Assembly (NCBI GenBank): GCA_964572455.1
Contig: CAZNFL010000009.1
Location: forward strand, 443-64,442
Direction: 5' to 3'
From: an uncultured Anaerolineaceae bacterium
GTDB taxonomy: Bacteria; Chloroflexota; Anaerolineae; Anaerolineales; UBA11579
Length of the DNA stretch: 64,000 nucleotides
Shown: positions 18,778 through 28,130 of the stretch, piece by piece
How the letters are laid out: each line of letters begins with the position of its first letter
Position numbering within the stretch: the first letter of the stretch is position 1
Notes under the pieces: generated by a model
What the model saw: the letters and a program-made list of their open reading frames with translations, nothing else
Told to the model about the DNA's origin: nothing
Databases searched by the model: none
Position numbers and translations under genes: made by a program

Positions 18778-19395
18778 ATGGCAAAGAAAACTGCAATCCA
18801 AGCCAACTTACCCACCAGCGACCGCGTGCTGCAGGCCGCTTTCGAGCTATTCGTCCGCCAGGGTTACCATGGCACCTCTATGCGCCAAGTAGCCAAGGCC
18901 GCCGGGCTGACCCCTGCCAGCATTTACAACCACTTCGCCAGCAAAGCAGACATCTTCACGCAAGTCTTGATCCGCTATCACCCCTACCGGGAAATGATGG
19001 CCAATTTGGAAGCGGCCCAGGGAGACACGGTGGACGAGCTGATCAAAGACGCGGCGCAGCGGGTGATCTCGGTAGCGCGCTCGCGGCGAGACTTGCAGCA
19101 TCTTATGTTCATCGAAATTGTGGAATTCAAAGGCGAGCACGCCTCAGAGATATTTTCGCGGGCCTTCCCCGCTATTCAAAAGTTCCTCGGCAAGCTGCAG
19201 AACGCCAAAGGAAAGTTGCGGCCGATTCCTCCGGAGAGCCTGATCCTGACCTTAATGGGTCTGATGATGTCGCAATGGATGTTAGACGGGCTTTTGTCAG
19301 GAAATAAAGTGATCCCACTAAAAGCCAGTCAGTTTGAAACCTCAATCGATATTTATTTGCACGGCATTCTGGACAGCAAGGAGCAAAACCTATGA
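18778..19395 (+). CDS. TetR/AcrR family transcriptional regulator
   Basis: N-terminal HTH LQAAFELFVRQGYHGTSMRQVAKAAGLTPASIYNHF. Confidence 0.9.
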   Translation: MAKKTAIQANLPTSDRVLQAAFELFVRQGYHGTSMRQVAKAAGLTPASIYNHFASKADIFTQVLIRYHPYREMMANLEAAQGDTVDELIKDAAQRVISVARSRRDLQHLMFIEIVEFKGEHASEIFSRAFPAIQKFLGKLQNAKGKLRPIPPESLILTLMGLMMSQWMLDGLLSGNKVIPLKASQFETSIDIYLHGILDSKEQNL

Positions 19396-20255
19396 CAAAG
19401 AAACTTGCAATAGAAGCCCAAGGCGTGGACAAGCGCTATGGCCACATCCAGGCGCTCAAAGGCGTCGACGTGGCTGTGGAGGAGGGCCAGATCTTCGGCC
19501 TGATCGGCGCCAATGGCGCCGGCAAGAGCACCTTTATTAAACTGCTGGTAGGCGCAGCCCGGGCGGACGGCGGCAGCCTGCAGGTGCTGGGCCTGCAACC
19601 GCGCCACGACAAGCGCGCCCTGCGCGAGCAGATCGGCTACATGCCGCAGTCGCCCGCCCTGTATGAGGACCTGACCGCCGCCGAGAACCTGCGCTTCTTC
19701 GGGCGAGCGCACCGCCTCGATCAGCTGGATGAAAAGGTCGAGCAGACCCTCGACTTGGTGCAGCTCAGCGCGCGGGCCGACGACGCGGTCAGCACGCTTT
19801 CCGGCGGGATGAAGCAGCGCGTTTCGCTGGCCTGCGCCCTGGTACACCAGCCGCGGCTGTTGCTGCTGGACGAGCCCACCGCCGGCGTGGATCTCAAATT
19901 ACGTTCCACTTTCTGGGAGCGCTTTAAACAATTGGCGGCCGAGGGCGTCACCATCCTGGTGAGCACTCACCAGATGGACGAGGCTATCCACTGCCACCGG
20001 CTGGCCATCATCAGCGAAGGCAGCATCCTTACCACCGATACGCCGCAGCGCCTGCTGCAACGCGGGCGGGCCACCTTGCACCTGTGGCGCGGTGAGCAGC
20101 ACGAAAAGCACAGCTTAGCGGATTATCCAACGGACCTGCCGAAGGCTTTACAAAAGTACGGATTAGACTCGCAGGTCACGCGCCTCGAGCTGGAAACGAA
20201 TTCGCTGGAGGCCATTGTCTTGGACATGATGGGCTCAAGCGGAGGAAGGAACTAA
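19392..20255 (+). CDS. ABC transporter ATP-binding protein
   Basis: GANGAGKST, LSGGMKQR, LLLLDEPTAGVD. ATGA overlap with the TetR gene. Confidence 0.9.
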   Translation: MTKKLAIEAQGVDKRYGHIQALKGVDVAVEEGQIFGLIGANGAGKSTFIKLLVGAARADGGSLQVLGLQPRHDKRALREQIGYMPQSPALYEDLTAAENLRFFGRAHRLDQLDEKVEQTLDLVQLSARADDAVSTLSGGMKQRVSLACALVHQPRLLLLDEPTAGVDLKLRSTFWERFKQLAAEGVTILVSTHQMDEAIHCHRLAIISEGSILTTDTPQRLLQRGRATLHLWRGEQHEKHSLADYPTDLPKALQKYGLDSQVTRLELETNSLEAIVLDMMGSSGGRN

Positions 20256-21004
20256 TGGAACCTTTCTTTCGACGTATTTTTTCAGTCACGCAGCGCGTGC
20301 TGCGCCAGTTGAAGCATGATAAGCGCTTCATCGCCCTCTCCTTGATGGTGCCGGTGGCCATCATCTATGTGCTGTATGTCTTTTTCGACAGCCTGAATAA
20401 CCCTTTGCTTAACGCCAATACGTATGTATTTCCCTTTGGGGCTTTCATTGTGCATTTCCTGACCTTCGTGCTCACCGCCATCGTGCTGGTGCGAGAACGG
20501 GTCACCGAGACGCTGACCCGCATGATGGTGAACGGCTACCAGCAGCTGGAGATCATCCTTGGCTACCTGCTGGCCTATACCACCCTGGCCACGGCGCAGA
20601 GCCTGGTGGTGCTGACCGAGATCACCTGGCTGTTCAAACTCGACTACAGCTTGGCCATCCTGGCTTCAATCTACCTGGTGATGTGGCTGCTGGCGGTGAT
20701 CAGCATGGCTCTGGGCATTTTGGTATCCAACTTCGCCAACAACGAAGGCCAGGTCTTCCCCTTTATTCCGCTGGTTATCCTGCCCAGCATTTTCTTGTCG
20801 GGCATGGTGATCTCCATCGAAGTACTGCCGGATTGGGCGCAGGTGCTGAGCCGGTTCACTCCTGTGTATTACGCCACGCAGGTGTTGCACGCGCTGATTG
20901 ATGGCGGCGCCTTGTGGGAGGAAAGCTCGGCGCTATTGAGCCTGCCTATCTATGGACTGGTTGTGCTGGTGCTGGCCAGCTTCACATTGCGCGACAACGC
21001 TTAA
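20255..21004 (+). CDS. ABC-2 type transporter permease
   Basis: Six TM helices, coupled to the ATPase gene. Confidence 0.8.
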   Translation: MEPFFRRIFSVTQRVLRQLKHDKRFIALSLMVPVAIIYVLYVFFDSLNNPLLNANTYVFPFGAFIVHFLTFVLTAIVLVRERVTETLTRMMVNGYQQLEIILGYLLAYTTLATAQSLVVLTEITWLFKLDYSLAILASIYLVMWLLAVISMALGILVSNFANNEGQVFPFIPLVILPSIFLSGMVISIEVLPDWAQVLSRFTPVYYATQVLHALIDGGALWEESSALLSLPIYGLVVLVLASFTLRDNA

Positions 21005-21043
21005 CGATGTTGAGCGCAAAGCGCTCAACGTTATAATCGCGGC

Positions 21044-22051
21044 GTGGCCGCGCCTGCCCTCCTGCTGCTGGGCCGCTTGCAGCGCGATACCATCATCACC
21101 GCGGACGGCAAGGCGCGCATCGACCAGGCGGGGGGCAACCTGCTGTACGCCGCGGCAGCCTGCCGGCTTTGGGGAAAGAATCCCGGGCTGGTTGCCCGGG
21201 TCGACCGCGATTATCCGGCGGATTGGCTGGAGGAGCTGGCCAACCGAGGGTTTGACACGCATGGTATTAGGGTCCTGGACCAAGTACAAGACCTGCGCCG
21301 CTTCATCGCCTACACAGATACTTTCACATCCAAAAGCGACAATCCCATTAAGTATTTTGCCAAGTGGGAGCTTCCACTCCCGAAATCATTGCTGGGTTAT
21401 CCCAAAGACTTGCGCCAACCGGACTCTAAAAAAGAGCGCGGCCCGCTCACCTTGCGCGCCAAGGACTTGCCAGAGGCATACCGGGGCGCCAAGGGCGCCC
21501 ATTTTTGCCCGCTGGATTATCTCAGCCACAGCCTGATGCCGGCCGCCCTGCGCGAAAGAGGCATGATGCAGGTCACACTGGACGCGGGTCCAGGCTATAT
21601 GCTTCCGGAGTTTTGGAACGAGCTCCCAGATTTGGTGAACGGATTGACCGCCTTCCTGGTCGAAGAAGCCTTGCTGCGAGCGCTGTTCAAAGGGCGCAGC
21701 GAAGAGCTGTGGGAGATGATCGAGGCCATCGCGGCATACAACTGCTCGGCGGTGGTCGTGCGCAGTGCGGCCCGCGGCCTTTGGCTATATGAGGCCGCCG
21801 GCCGCAAGCGCAGGCACCTGCCGCCCTACCCGGCGCGGACCTACGACATTACCGACACCGGCAGCAGCTTCTGCGGCGCTTTTGCCGCCCAATTGGCGCG
21901 CAGCCAGGATTGGGAGCGCGCCTTGTTGGTGGGGGCGGCTACGGCCTCTCTGGCTGTGGAAGGCAGCGGGGCTTTTTACATTATGGATACTTTGCCGGGC
22001 TTGGCCAAATCCCGGGTCCAATTGCTCGAAGGGGCGCTCAAGGCAGTTTAG
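21044..22051 (+). CDS. PfkB-family carbohydrate kinase
   Basis: GGNLLYAAAA near the N-terminus and YDITDTGSSFCGAF (variant of the DTxGAGD motif). GTG start. Confidence 0.7.
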   Translation: MAAPALLLLGRLQRDTIITADGKARIDQAGGNLLYAAAACRLWGKNPGLVARVDRDYPADWLEELANRGFDTHGIRVLDQVQDLRRFIAYTDTFTSKSDNPIKYFAKWELPLPKSLLGYPKDLRQPDSKKERGPLTLRAKDLPEAYRGAKGAHFCPLDYLSHSLMPAALRERGMMQVTLDAGPGYMLPEFWNELPDLVNGLTAFLVEEALLRALFKGRSEELWEMIEAIAAYNCSAVVVRSAARGLWLYEAAGRKRRHLPPYPARTYDITDTGSSFCGAFAAQLARSQDWERALLVGAATASLAVEGSGAFYIMDTLPGLAKSRVQLLEGALKAV

Positions 22052-22089
22052 CTCAGGGTCTACCCGCTGAAGAGCCAATGGTACTAAAA

Positions 22090-22116
22090 GGGCGCAGCAG
22101 TGGCTGCGCCCTTTTT
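22090..22116. terminator. bidirectional rho-independent terminator
   Basis: gggcgcagc/gctgcgccc stem with flanking A and T runs, between the convergent pfkB-like and dodecin genes. Confidence 0.75.
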
Positions 22117-22157
22117 CTGCTTAATTGGGCTTGGGTAACTTAAGCCAGGCGCCTGAT

Positions 22158-22376
22158 CTACCCTTCCTTGCGGTACTTGAATGAAAGCTTGAGCTTGGTG
22201 CGATAAGCCACCACCTTGCCCTCTTCGATCTGCATATCCATTTGGGACACTTCGGCGACGCGTAGATCTTCCAGGGACTTGGCTGCCAGCCCCACAGCAG
22301 CCTGGGCGGCTTTTTCCCAGGATTCCGAGCTGGTGCCCACTAATTCGATGATCTTGTAAACCGATTCGTTTGCCAT
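22158..22376 (-). CDS. dodecin family flavin-binding protein
   Basis: 72 aa. YKIIELVGTSSESWEKAAQAAV...VAEVSQMDMQIEEGKVVAYRTKLKLSF is typical dodecin. Confidence 0.85.
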   Translation of the reverse strand: MANESVYKIIELVGTSSESWEKAAQAAVGLAAKSLEDLRVAEVSQMDMQIEEGKVVAYRTKLKLSFKYRKEG

Positions 22377-22602
22377 GCCGGTTCCTCTCTTAGTCTATTC
22401 CAGCTAACGCAGAAAAAGGCATTATCTCCCCCTAAACCAAAGGCCGCAAGGCCTTTTTTTGTTTGCCCATCAAAGAAAATCCCTGTTTGGCCGTCCCCTA
22501 CAGCTTTTGCAAAGAGTACCACCGTCCTATTCAATACTTACTGTATCCTAACTATAATCTAATTGTAATTCGGGCAATCCTCACTCGAAGCAAGGCTAGA
22601 AA

Positions 22603-23418
22603 ATGAAATCGCTCAGCATCTTCATTCTCCTCGGTACGGTAACTGCTCTCATAATAGGGGGTCTTTTTGCCGTAACCCCAGTTTTAGCCGTAACTAACAG
22701 CCCAGCCGAACCCGCAGCTCCCCTAACCGGCGACACCCTGGCCGTTAAACTGGCCCAGGCAGCCCCAGTCGTTGAGCTCAACGTTGACGAGCCTGTCTCG
22801 GTGGCAGCTTCCGCTCTCAGCGTAGACATCGCTAAGGATTTCGCCGCCCAGCAAGAAGTCGAAGCTGAGCTCGCAGCGCAGGCCGAAGCGGCCTCCGCTT
22901 TCAATGCATTTATTGCCTCAGTCAGCAATGGTGATGCCAGCCAGGTGACGGGCATTTACGTGGATGGCGTCCTGGCTAACGCTGTCGTCGGCCAGCCCAA
23001 TGCCAACCCGGCTTACGTATCCGAGGCCGCGAACGTGGTAACCCAGTTCGAAATGGCTGCCCAATACGGAACTCAGGCTTTCTTAGCCCACAACTTACTG
23101 GCAGGTGCCAGCTTCTCCCAGCTTTCCGTCGGCCAAATCATCACTCTTATCTACGGCGACGGCAGCACCGCCAACTTCCAAATACAAACCGTTCTCCGCT
23201 ATCAAGCGCTCTCGCCAAACTCCACCCAATCCAGCTTTGTGGATCTGGAGAACGGCAATGAGCTCTCGGCTCCTGGTCTGTTCTACGCCGTATACAACAG
23301 TGATAATCCGGTAGTCCTGCAGACGTGCATCGAAAATGAGGGCGACAGCTCCTGGGGCCGCTTGTTCGTGCAGGCTACGCAAGTCTTGGATACCACGGTG
23401 AGCGTGACCGCACCCTAA
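22603..23418 (+). CDS. secreted/membrane-anchored sortase-fold protein (divergent)
   Basis: N-terminal signal/TM segment. C-terminal LAHNLLAGASFSQLSVGQIITLIYGD...VVLQTCI...WGRLFVQA matches the sortase His / TLxTC Cys / Arg order. Confidence 0.5.
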   Translation: MKSLSIFILLGTVTALIIGGLFAVTPVLAVTNSPAEPAAPLTGDTLAVKLAQAAPVVELNVDEPVSVAASALSVDIAKDFAAQQEVEAELAAQAEAASAFNAFIASVSNGDASQVTGIYVDGVLANAVVGQPNANPAYVSEAANVVTQFEMAAQYGTQAFLAHNLLAGASFSQLSVGQIITLIYGDGSTANFQIQTVLRYQALSPNSTQSSFVDLENGNELSAPGLFYAVYNSDNPVVLQTCIENEGDSSWGRLFVQATQVLDTTVSVTAP

Positions 23419-23510
23419 CACGCCCACTGCCTATCGCAGCAGTCCCGCTAAGCTGAGCGAGCTACTTTGGCACGAGCGAGCCAAAGGTTAACCGAGGACG
23501 GGACTGTTTC

Positions 23511-23547
23511 AAAAAATCCCCGCTTGAGGAAGCGGGGATTTTATTTT
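23511..23547. terminator. bidirectional rho-independent terminator
   Basis: aatccccgctt/aagcggggatt stem with an A-run before it and a T-run after it. Confidence 0.75.
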
Positions 23548-23567
23548 AATAATCGGGACAGAGAATA

Positions 23568-24338
23568 TTACCCGCTACCGGCGGCGCGCACCGGCACAGC
23601 CACCACCACCACGCGATGGGTGTTGCTCTCATAGGGCCAGCAGGTGATCAGGGTCACACGTTCGTCCTTGGTGGGCTTGATCCACTCGGCATTGGCCAGG
23701 CGCACGTCCAAGGGCTGGTTGCGCTCCTCCAAGATGGCGGTGAATACCACCACGTATTCAAACTCCTCGGATCCGGAATACAGCAGCAACTGATCGCCCA
23801 CCTGGAGGCGGTAAAGATCGCGAAATACTTCCCCCCTGATATTGTGGTGGCCATTTAGCACGGTGTTGCCTGGCACACCCAAGCCTACCGAGGTCCGGTG
23901 CCAGCCGGCGGCGCGGTAATCGGGCGCCAGCCATTGGTCGTAGATCTCTCCTTCAAATTGCAGCTTTTCATAACCGATGGGGACGACGTTCGTTTCCAAT
24001 CCGATGGCGGGGATGACCAGACGATCGGGGGGCAAGCCGGGATCCGCGGTGGGTAGGATCTCCTGCGGGGCAGCCTGCGGCGTGGGGAACGGCTGCGCCG
24101 GAGGCGGCCCCACAGAAACCAATTCGGCATCGGCGACATCACCCTCCTCGGCATACACCGGCAAGAAGCCGGCTTCGATCTGATCGTCGGCCGCCAGGTC
24201 AATCGTGCGACCGGGAAGCAAGACCAAATCGATGAGGCCTTTGCCAAAGGCAAAAACCACCAGCAAAAAGCCCAGGGAGACCAGCACGATCACCGTTCGA
24301 TTGTTTTCAGGATTTGGGGTGATTTGATTGGATCGCAT
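23568..24338 (-). CDS. sortase (transpeptidase)
   Basis: N-terminal TM, LVIPAIGL, VLNGHHNIRGEVF (His), RVTLITCWP (Cys), HRVVVVA (Arg). Confidence 0.85.
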   Translation of the reverse strand: MRSNQITPNPENNRTVIVLVSLGFLLVVFAFGKGLIDLVLLPGRTIDLAADDQIEAGFLPVYAEEGDVADAELVSVGPPPAQPFPTPQAAPQEILPTADPGLPPDRLVIPAIGLETNVVPIGYEKLQFEGEIYDQWLAPDYRAAGWHRTSVGLGVPGNTVLNGHHNIRGEVFRDLYRLQVGDQLLLYSGSEEFEYVVVFTAILEERNQPLDVRLANAEWIKPTKDERVTLITCWPYESNTHRVVVVAVPVRAAGSG

Positions 24339-24370
24339 GGAGTCCGAGTCAGCTATTTTACGGTAGGTAA

Positions 24371-24404
24371 ATAAAAACGGGGCATCCGAAACCTGGATGC
24401 CCCG
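24371..24404 (-). terminator. rho-independent terminator
   Basis: cggggcatcc/ggatgccccg stem with a T-run on the minus strand after the Thr/Pro-repeat gene. Confidence 0.7.
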
Positions 24405-24429
24405 TGTCTAGATACTGATCGCTCCAGCC

Positions 24430-25869
24430 TTAATCGCCACCTTCTTTGTTCCACCGGTCGCGGTCGACTTTAATACCGATACCCAGCAGGACCAGGGCAA
24501 ACCCGAAGATACCGATGCCCAGGTTGAGGAACATGGAGTCACGGAAAAGGCCGGGCAGGTCGATGCCGGTGACCGGGATGAGGACGCCGGAGGTGGGTGA
24601 AGGAGTGGGCGTGCTGGTGGATGACGCCTCAGCGCAGGCGACGCCGGTGTTGAGTGTGCTCAGCGTCTTGGCGGCGCCGTCAGCCGGATCGATCCACATG
24701 ATGGCCACAGTATTGGGCAGCGGACCATCCACGGGTGTTTCGAAATTTATCGTGGTGTTCCCCGGGACCACCAACGGACCACCGGAAGCGGTACGACCCA
24801 CGACCCACCAGACTACGTTGACTGAATAGCTGTTGGAATTGCGTATCTGCCAAGCCAGGGTCACGCCTGGATTGGTGGTGCACGGATCAAGGAGGGCGAG
24901 ACCTCCGGTTACCGGGATAAAGACGGTCGGAGTGGCAGTAAGGGTAGCTGTGAAGGTGGCGGTGAGGACCGGCGGGGTATTGGTCGGGGTGAACGTAGCC
25001 GAGGGGGGCAGGGTCCCGGTGGGTGTATTGGTAAGCGTGTTGGTCGGCGTGTCACTTGGTGTCAATGTGCCAGTGGGCGTGTCGCTGGGCGTCGCCGTGT
25101 TAGTCGGCGTGTCGCTAGACGTCGGTGTATCACTCGGCGTCGGGGTGTTAGTCGCCGTGTCGGTCGGTGTATTTGTTGGCGTATTGGTTGGCGTATCCGT
25201 AGGAGTGCTGGTGGGTGTGTTGCTTGGCGTCGGTGTGTCGCTGGGGGTCGGAGTGTTGGTCGGTGTGTCCGTTGGCGTCAACGTGCCTGTGGGCGTATCG
25301 CTGGATGTCGGGGTGTTGGTCGGAGTGTCACTGGGCGTTGGCGTATCTGAAGGAGTTGGTGTGTTGGTCGGTGTGTCCGTTGGCGTCAACGTGCCTGTGG
25401 GCGTGTCGCTAGGTGTCGGGGTGTTGGTCGGCGTGTCGCTAGGCGTTGGGGTGTTAGTCGCCGTATCAGTAGGTGTAAACGTATTGGTCGGCGTATTAGA
25501 CGGGGTGTTGGTTGGTGTATTGGATGGGGTATACGTTTTTGTAGGAGTATGAGTAGGTGTGCTAGTAGGAGTGCGTGAAGGCGTTGGGGTTGGCGAGGCG
25601 CAGTGATCCTCGTTTACGCCGCCTTCGCCAGAACCGTGCTCTTCGCAGTCCTTACCTTTATCCTCGTTCGGATCGTCCTTACATTCATCGTTTTCGCTAT
25701 TTCCGTGGTCACACTCTTCCTGGCCAGGCGGCATGTCGGTCGAGGGAGTCAAATTAATGGCAGCCCCGGCTTGCCCAAATTGGGCCAGCATAAGAATAAT
25801 GACCAGCCCAAAAACTACCAATCCCAAAAGCGCATTACTAGAAAAGTTCCAAGCTTTTGCGCTTTTCAT
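24430..25869 (-). CDS. secreted Thr/Pro-repeat surface protein with C-terminal IPVTG sorting signal
   Basis: Signal/TM at the N-terminus and an acidic Cys-containing head. About 200 aa of (T/S)[12 protein letters not shown] repeats. C-terminal LIPVTG + hydrophobic helix + KVDRDRWNK tail. A second IPVTG lies ~130 aa upstream. Confidence 0.8.
   Translation of the reverse strand: MKSAKAWNFSSNALLGLVVFGLVIILMLAQFGQAGAAINLTPSTDMPPGQEECDHGNSENDECKDDPNEDKGKDCEEHGSGEGGVNEDHCASPTPTPSRTPTSTPTHTPTKTYTPSNTPTNTPSNTPTNTFTPTDTATNTPTPSDTPTNTPTPSDTPTGTLTPTDTPTNTPTPSDTPTPSDTPTNTPTSSDTPTGTLTPTDTPTNTPTPSDTPTPSNTPTSTPTDTPTNTPTNTPTDTATNTPTPSDTPTSSDTPTNTATPSDTPTGTLTPSDTPTNTLTNTPTGTLPPSATFTPTNTPPVLTATFTATLTATPTVFIPVTGGLALLDPCTTNPGVTLAWQIRNSNSYSVNVVWWVVGRTASGGPLVVPGNTTINFETPVDGPLPNTVAIMWIDPADGAAKTLSTLNTGVACAEASSTSTPTPSPTSGVLIPVTGIDLPGLFRDSMFLNLGIGIFGFALVLLGIGIKVDRDRWNKEGGD
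24954..25593 (-). repeat. in-frame tandem coding repeats (Thr/Pro-rich)
   Basis: Imperfect 18-36-nt periodic units ACNCCNACNRAYACNCCN across ~640 nt. Confidence 0.8.
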
Positions 25870-26648
25870 TCCGCCGCCAAAAGATAACCGTAACGGGTCT
25901 TATTCAGGATCAGTTCGGGCTTGCTTGGATTTTTTTCGATCTTCTGGCGCAGCAAATAAACGATCCATTTAATGCGCTCGCGGATCTTTTCATTGTCCTC
26001 GCCCCATACCTCCTGGGCCAGTGCCTGGTACGGAACGGGTTTGGGGTGGTTCTTCGCAAGGATTTCCAGAACAGCGAATTCGCGGGGAGTCAGGTCCAGT
26101 TGCTTATCGCGAAAGGTGAGCTGGCGAGTGTCGAGATCTAACGACAAACCCAAGGAGGGGAGCGCCAATTTGGAAACGGGCTCCTTTGGCCCGGCCCGGC
26201 GCAAGGCAGCTTCGACGCGGGCCACCACTTCATCGCCGGCGAAGGGCTTAGGCATGTAATCGTCGGCGCCCTCACGCAGGCCTCGCACGATATCCGCTTT
26301 TTGGCTCATGGCGGAAAGGATAATGATGGGTGCATCTGTAATGGCGCGCAATTGGGAGAGCGTTTCCCAGCCATCCATCTCCGGCATCATCATGTCTAAT
26401 AGCACAATGTTTGGGTTAGTCTCCATCCACTTGCGGATGGCCTGCTGGCCGTTCAAGGCCCCCACCACGTTCATACCGGCCCGGCGCAGGGTGAGCTTAA
26501 GCAAATTCAGCGTATCGGGGTCGTCTTCGACCACCAGCACCACGCGTTGGCCGCCCAGTTCCTGGACGGTATCCAAATCCAAGCCAGACGCTTGCTGGAC
26601 TGGGCTAACGGTTTTTTGATCCATTTGTCTTGCTGAAGCAGGTCCCAT
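25866..26648 (-). CDS. OmpR/PhoB-family DNA-binding response regulator
   Basis: REC domain (VLVVEDDPD...[11 protein letters not shown]...PKPF) plus a winged-helix C-terminus ([12 protein letters not shown]...GYLL). Its stop overlaps the start of the downstream gene as ATGA. No kinase gene is adjacent. Confidence 0.9.
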   Translation of the reverse strand: MGPASARQMDQKTVSPVQQASGLDLDTVQELGGQRVVLVVEDDPDTLNLLKLTLRRAGMNVVGALNGQQAIRKWMETNPNIVLLDMMMPEMDGWETLSQLRAITDAPIIILSAMSQKADIVRGLREGADDYMPKPFAGDEVVARVEAALRRAGPKEPVSKLALPSLGLSLDLDTRQLTFRDKQLDLTPREFAVLEILAKNHPKPVPYQALAQEVWGEDNEKIRERIKWIVYLLRQKIEKNPSKPELILNKTRYGYLLAAE

Positions 26649-26870
26649 TCTCTCCTAATTCACCTACCCCATATTTGGGGTATATAGTCAAAACCCACCC
26701 GTATATAGGTGGATTTCGACTAGGTAAATACTATTTTTCGACTGGGTACAATCAAGATAATATCACATCCTTGCAGAAATGCAAGGACTTCTAATCTACT
26801 TTGCCTGGAAGATAGTTCGGGAACAGCGTTGACCAGACCCTTAATTTCTGGGTCAGTTCAGTCGGTCTGC

Positions 26871-28106
26871 CTAATCAGACAAATCTATATATTTACTTCC
26901 TGTCCCTGGGTTATAACCCAAGCTCGAATCATATTCAATATTTATTTCACCTGAGCCGGCTATCTTCAACTTATTCACGATGACTTGGGCGTCCAGGGAG
27001 AGGGAACCTGAGCTGCCGGTAAGTTTCAAAGTACCTGCCGGAGAATAAATTGTGCCGACAAAGGTCGAGGCGCTGCCACCAGTGATCCTAATCTCGCTGG
27101 TATTGGTTCGCGAGGTAACCAGCAGCAAGCCCGCATAGTCGCCTGAGGTCGGCGCGGTCAAGGTAAATGCACCGCCGCCGGTCAGGTCCAATCTACCGCT
27201 GGTGAAATACATTAGGATCTCGACGCCCGTAATTGAACTGTTTCCAGCCACGGAAATGTCGCCGCCCTCAACGTAATACAGCCCTGGATTCATTGTGAGG
27301 GTGCCACCGCCGGTGACTGTGATTTGACAATAAACTCCCGGGTTAATCGTCCGGGTGCCACCCGTGCTATTAATGCAGGCCCCCGCCGGCCTGGCTGGGT
27401 CTGCCAGGGTTAGCAAGGGGTCGACCATCTGAGGAGCGCCGGTTACCGGTGCGGGGGCTGTAGCCCCCGGGCCCCAGGTGTCGTAACCCCCGGTAATGGC
27501 GATCCCGTCAGTGGCTGAGAGTGTTGCGTTGCTGCCATCAATGTTTAATGCCGATGCGCTGGACGAGTTAATATACACACCGCCAACCACCGTCAGCCGC
27601 GGGGTGCCCGACTCGTCGTAGGCATTATTATCGGTAGGGTTCAGTACGATCAACCCGTTACCGTCCCCAAGCGGGGCGGGAGAAGTCTGTGTGCATTTCG
27701 CCACCGCCCGCGCCGATACTTCAAACGCGCCGCCATAAAGGAGCTGGACGAATCCGGATTCCTGCTGCGCGTTAATGACCACTTCCACATATTCGTCATC
27801 CCCGGTGTGGGGGCCGCTCGTTGGGGGTTGATTCACATCCACGCTGATCTCCGGGTCCGCATCGTCAAATTCGTTATCTAAAGCAGTCGCCTGGGAGGCG
27901 GCTGCCACGTTGCCATCATTGCACATGGCAAGGGCCCCGGCCATAGCTGCATTGTCCGCGGCGCTTTGGGCGCTGCGGCGAGCACCGTACAACACGCCCC
28001 CATCAACAGCCAAGGCGACGATGCCTATCAGCGCGACTAACAGGAGGATAATCAGGACCATGGCCTGCCCGGATTCGCGGTTGCGCTTCGATCTTTTTGT
28101 TTTCAT
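26871..28106 (-). CDS. TadG-like (Flp pilus assembly TadE/G-like N-terminus) protein with Gly-rich beta-helix-like C-terminal half
   Basis: ESGQAMVLIILLLVALIGIVALAVDGGVLYGARRSAQSAADNAAMAGA. Paralogue of 28131-29369. Confidence 0.7.
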   Translation of the reverse strand: MKTKRSKRNRESGQAMVLIILLLVALIGIVALAVDGGVLYGARRSAQSAADNAAMAGALAMCNDGNVAAASQATALDNEFDDADPEISVDVNQPPTSGPHTGDDEYVEVVINAQQESGFVQLLYGGAFEVSARAVAKCTQTSPAPLGDGNGLIVLNPTDNNAYDESGTPRLTVVGGVYINSSSASALNIDGSNATLSATDGIAITGGYDTWGPGATAPAPVTGAPQMVDPLLTLADPARPAGACINSTGGTRTINPGVYCQITVTGGGTLTMNPGLYYVEGGDISVAGNSSITGVEILMYFTSGRLDLTGGGAFTLTAPTSGDYAGLLLVTSRTNTSEIRITGGSASTFVGTIYSPAGTLKLTGSSGSLSLDAQVIVNKLKIAGSGEINIEYDSSLGYNPGTGSKYIDLSD

Positions 28107-28130
28107 GGCGTCGACCTCGGAATAGGCAAA

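Noticed and set aside
20952-21536. 194-aa alternative-frame ORF overlapping the PfkB kinase gene
   Set aside because: It is an Arg/Pro/Cys/Trp-rich out-of-frame product, and the PfkB frame carries the family motifs.
22377-22600. FMN riboswitch in the leader of the flavin-binding dodecin gene
   Set aside because: None of the conserved FMN-element strings could be found on the minus strand.
24833-25552. 239-aa Gly/Val-repeat ORF on the + strand
   Set aside because: It is the mirror image of the Thr/Pro repeat region of the sortase substrate. It has no start context, signal peptide or termination signals of its own.
24430-25869. Thr/Pro repeat protein as a diversity-generating retroelement target
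   Set aside because: There is no reverse transcriptase and no template repeat nearby. The repeats are ordinary in-frame tandem units.
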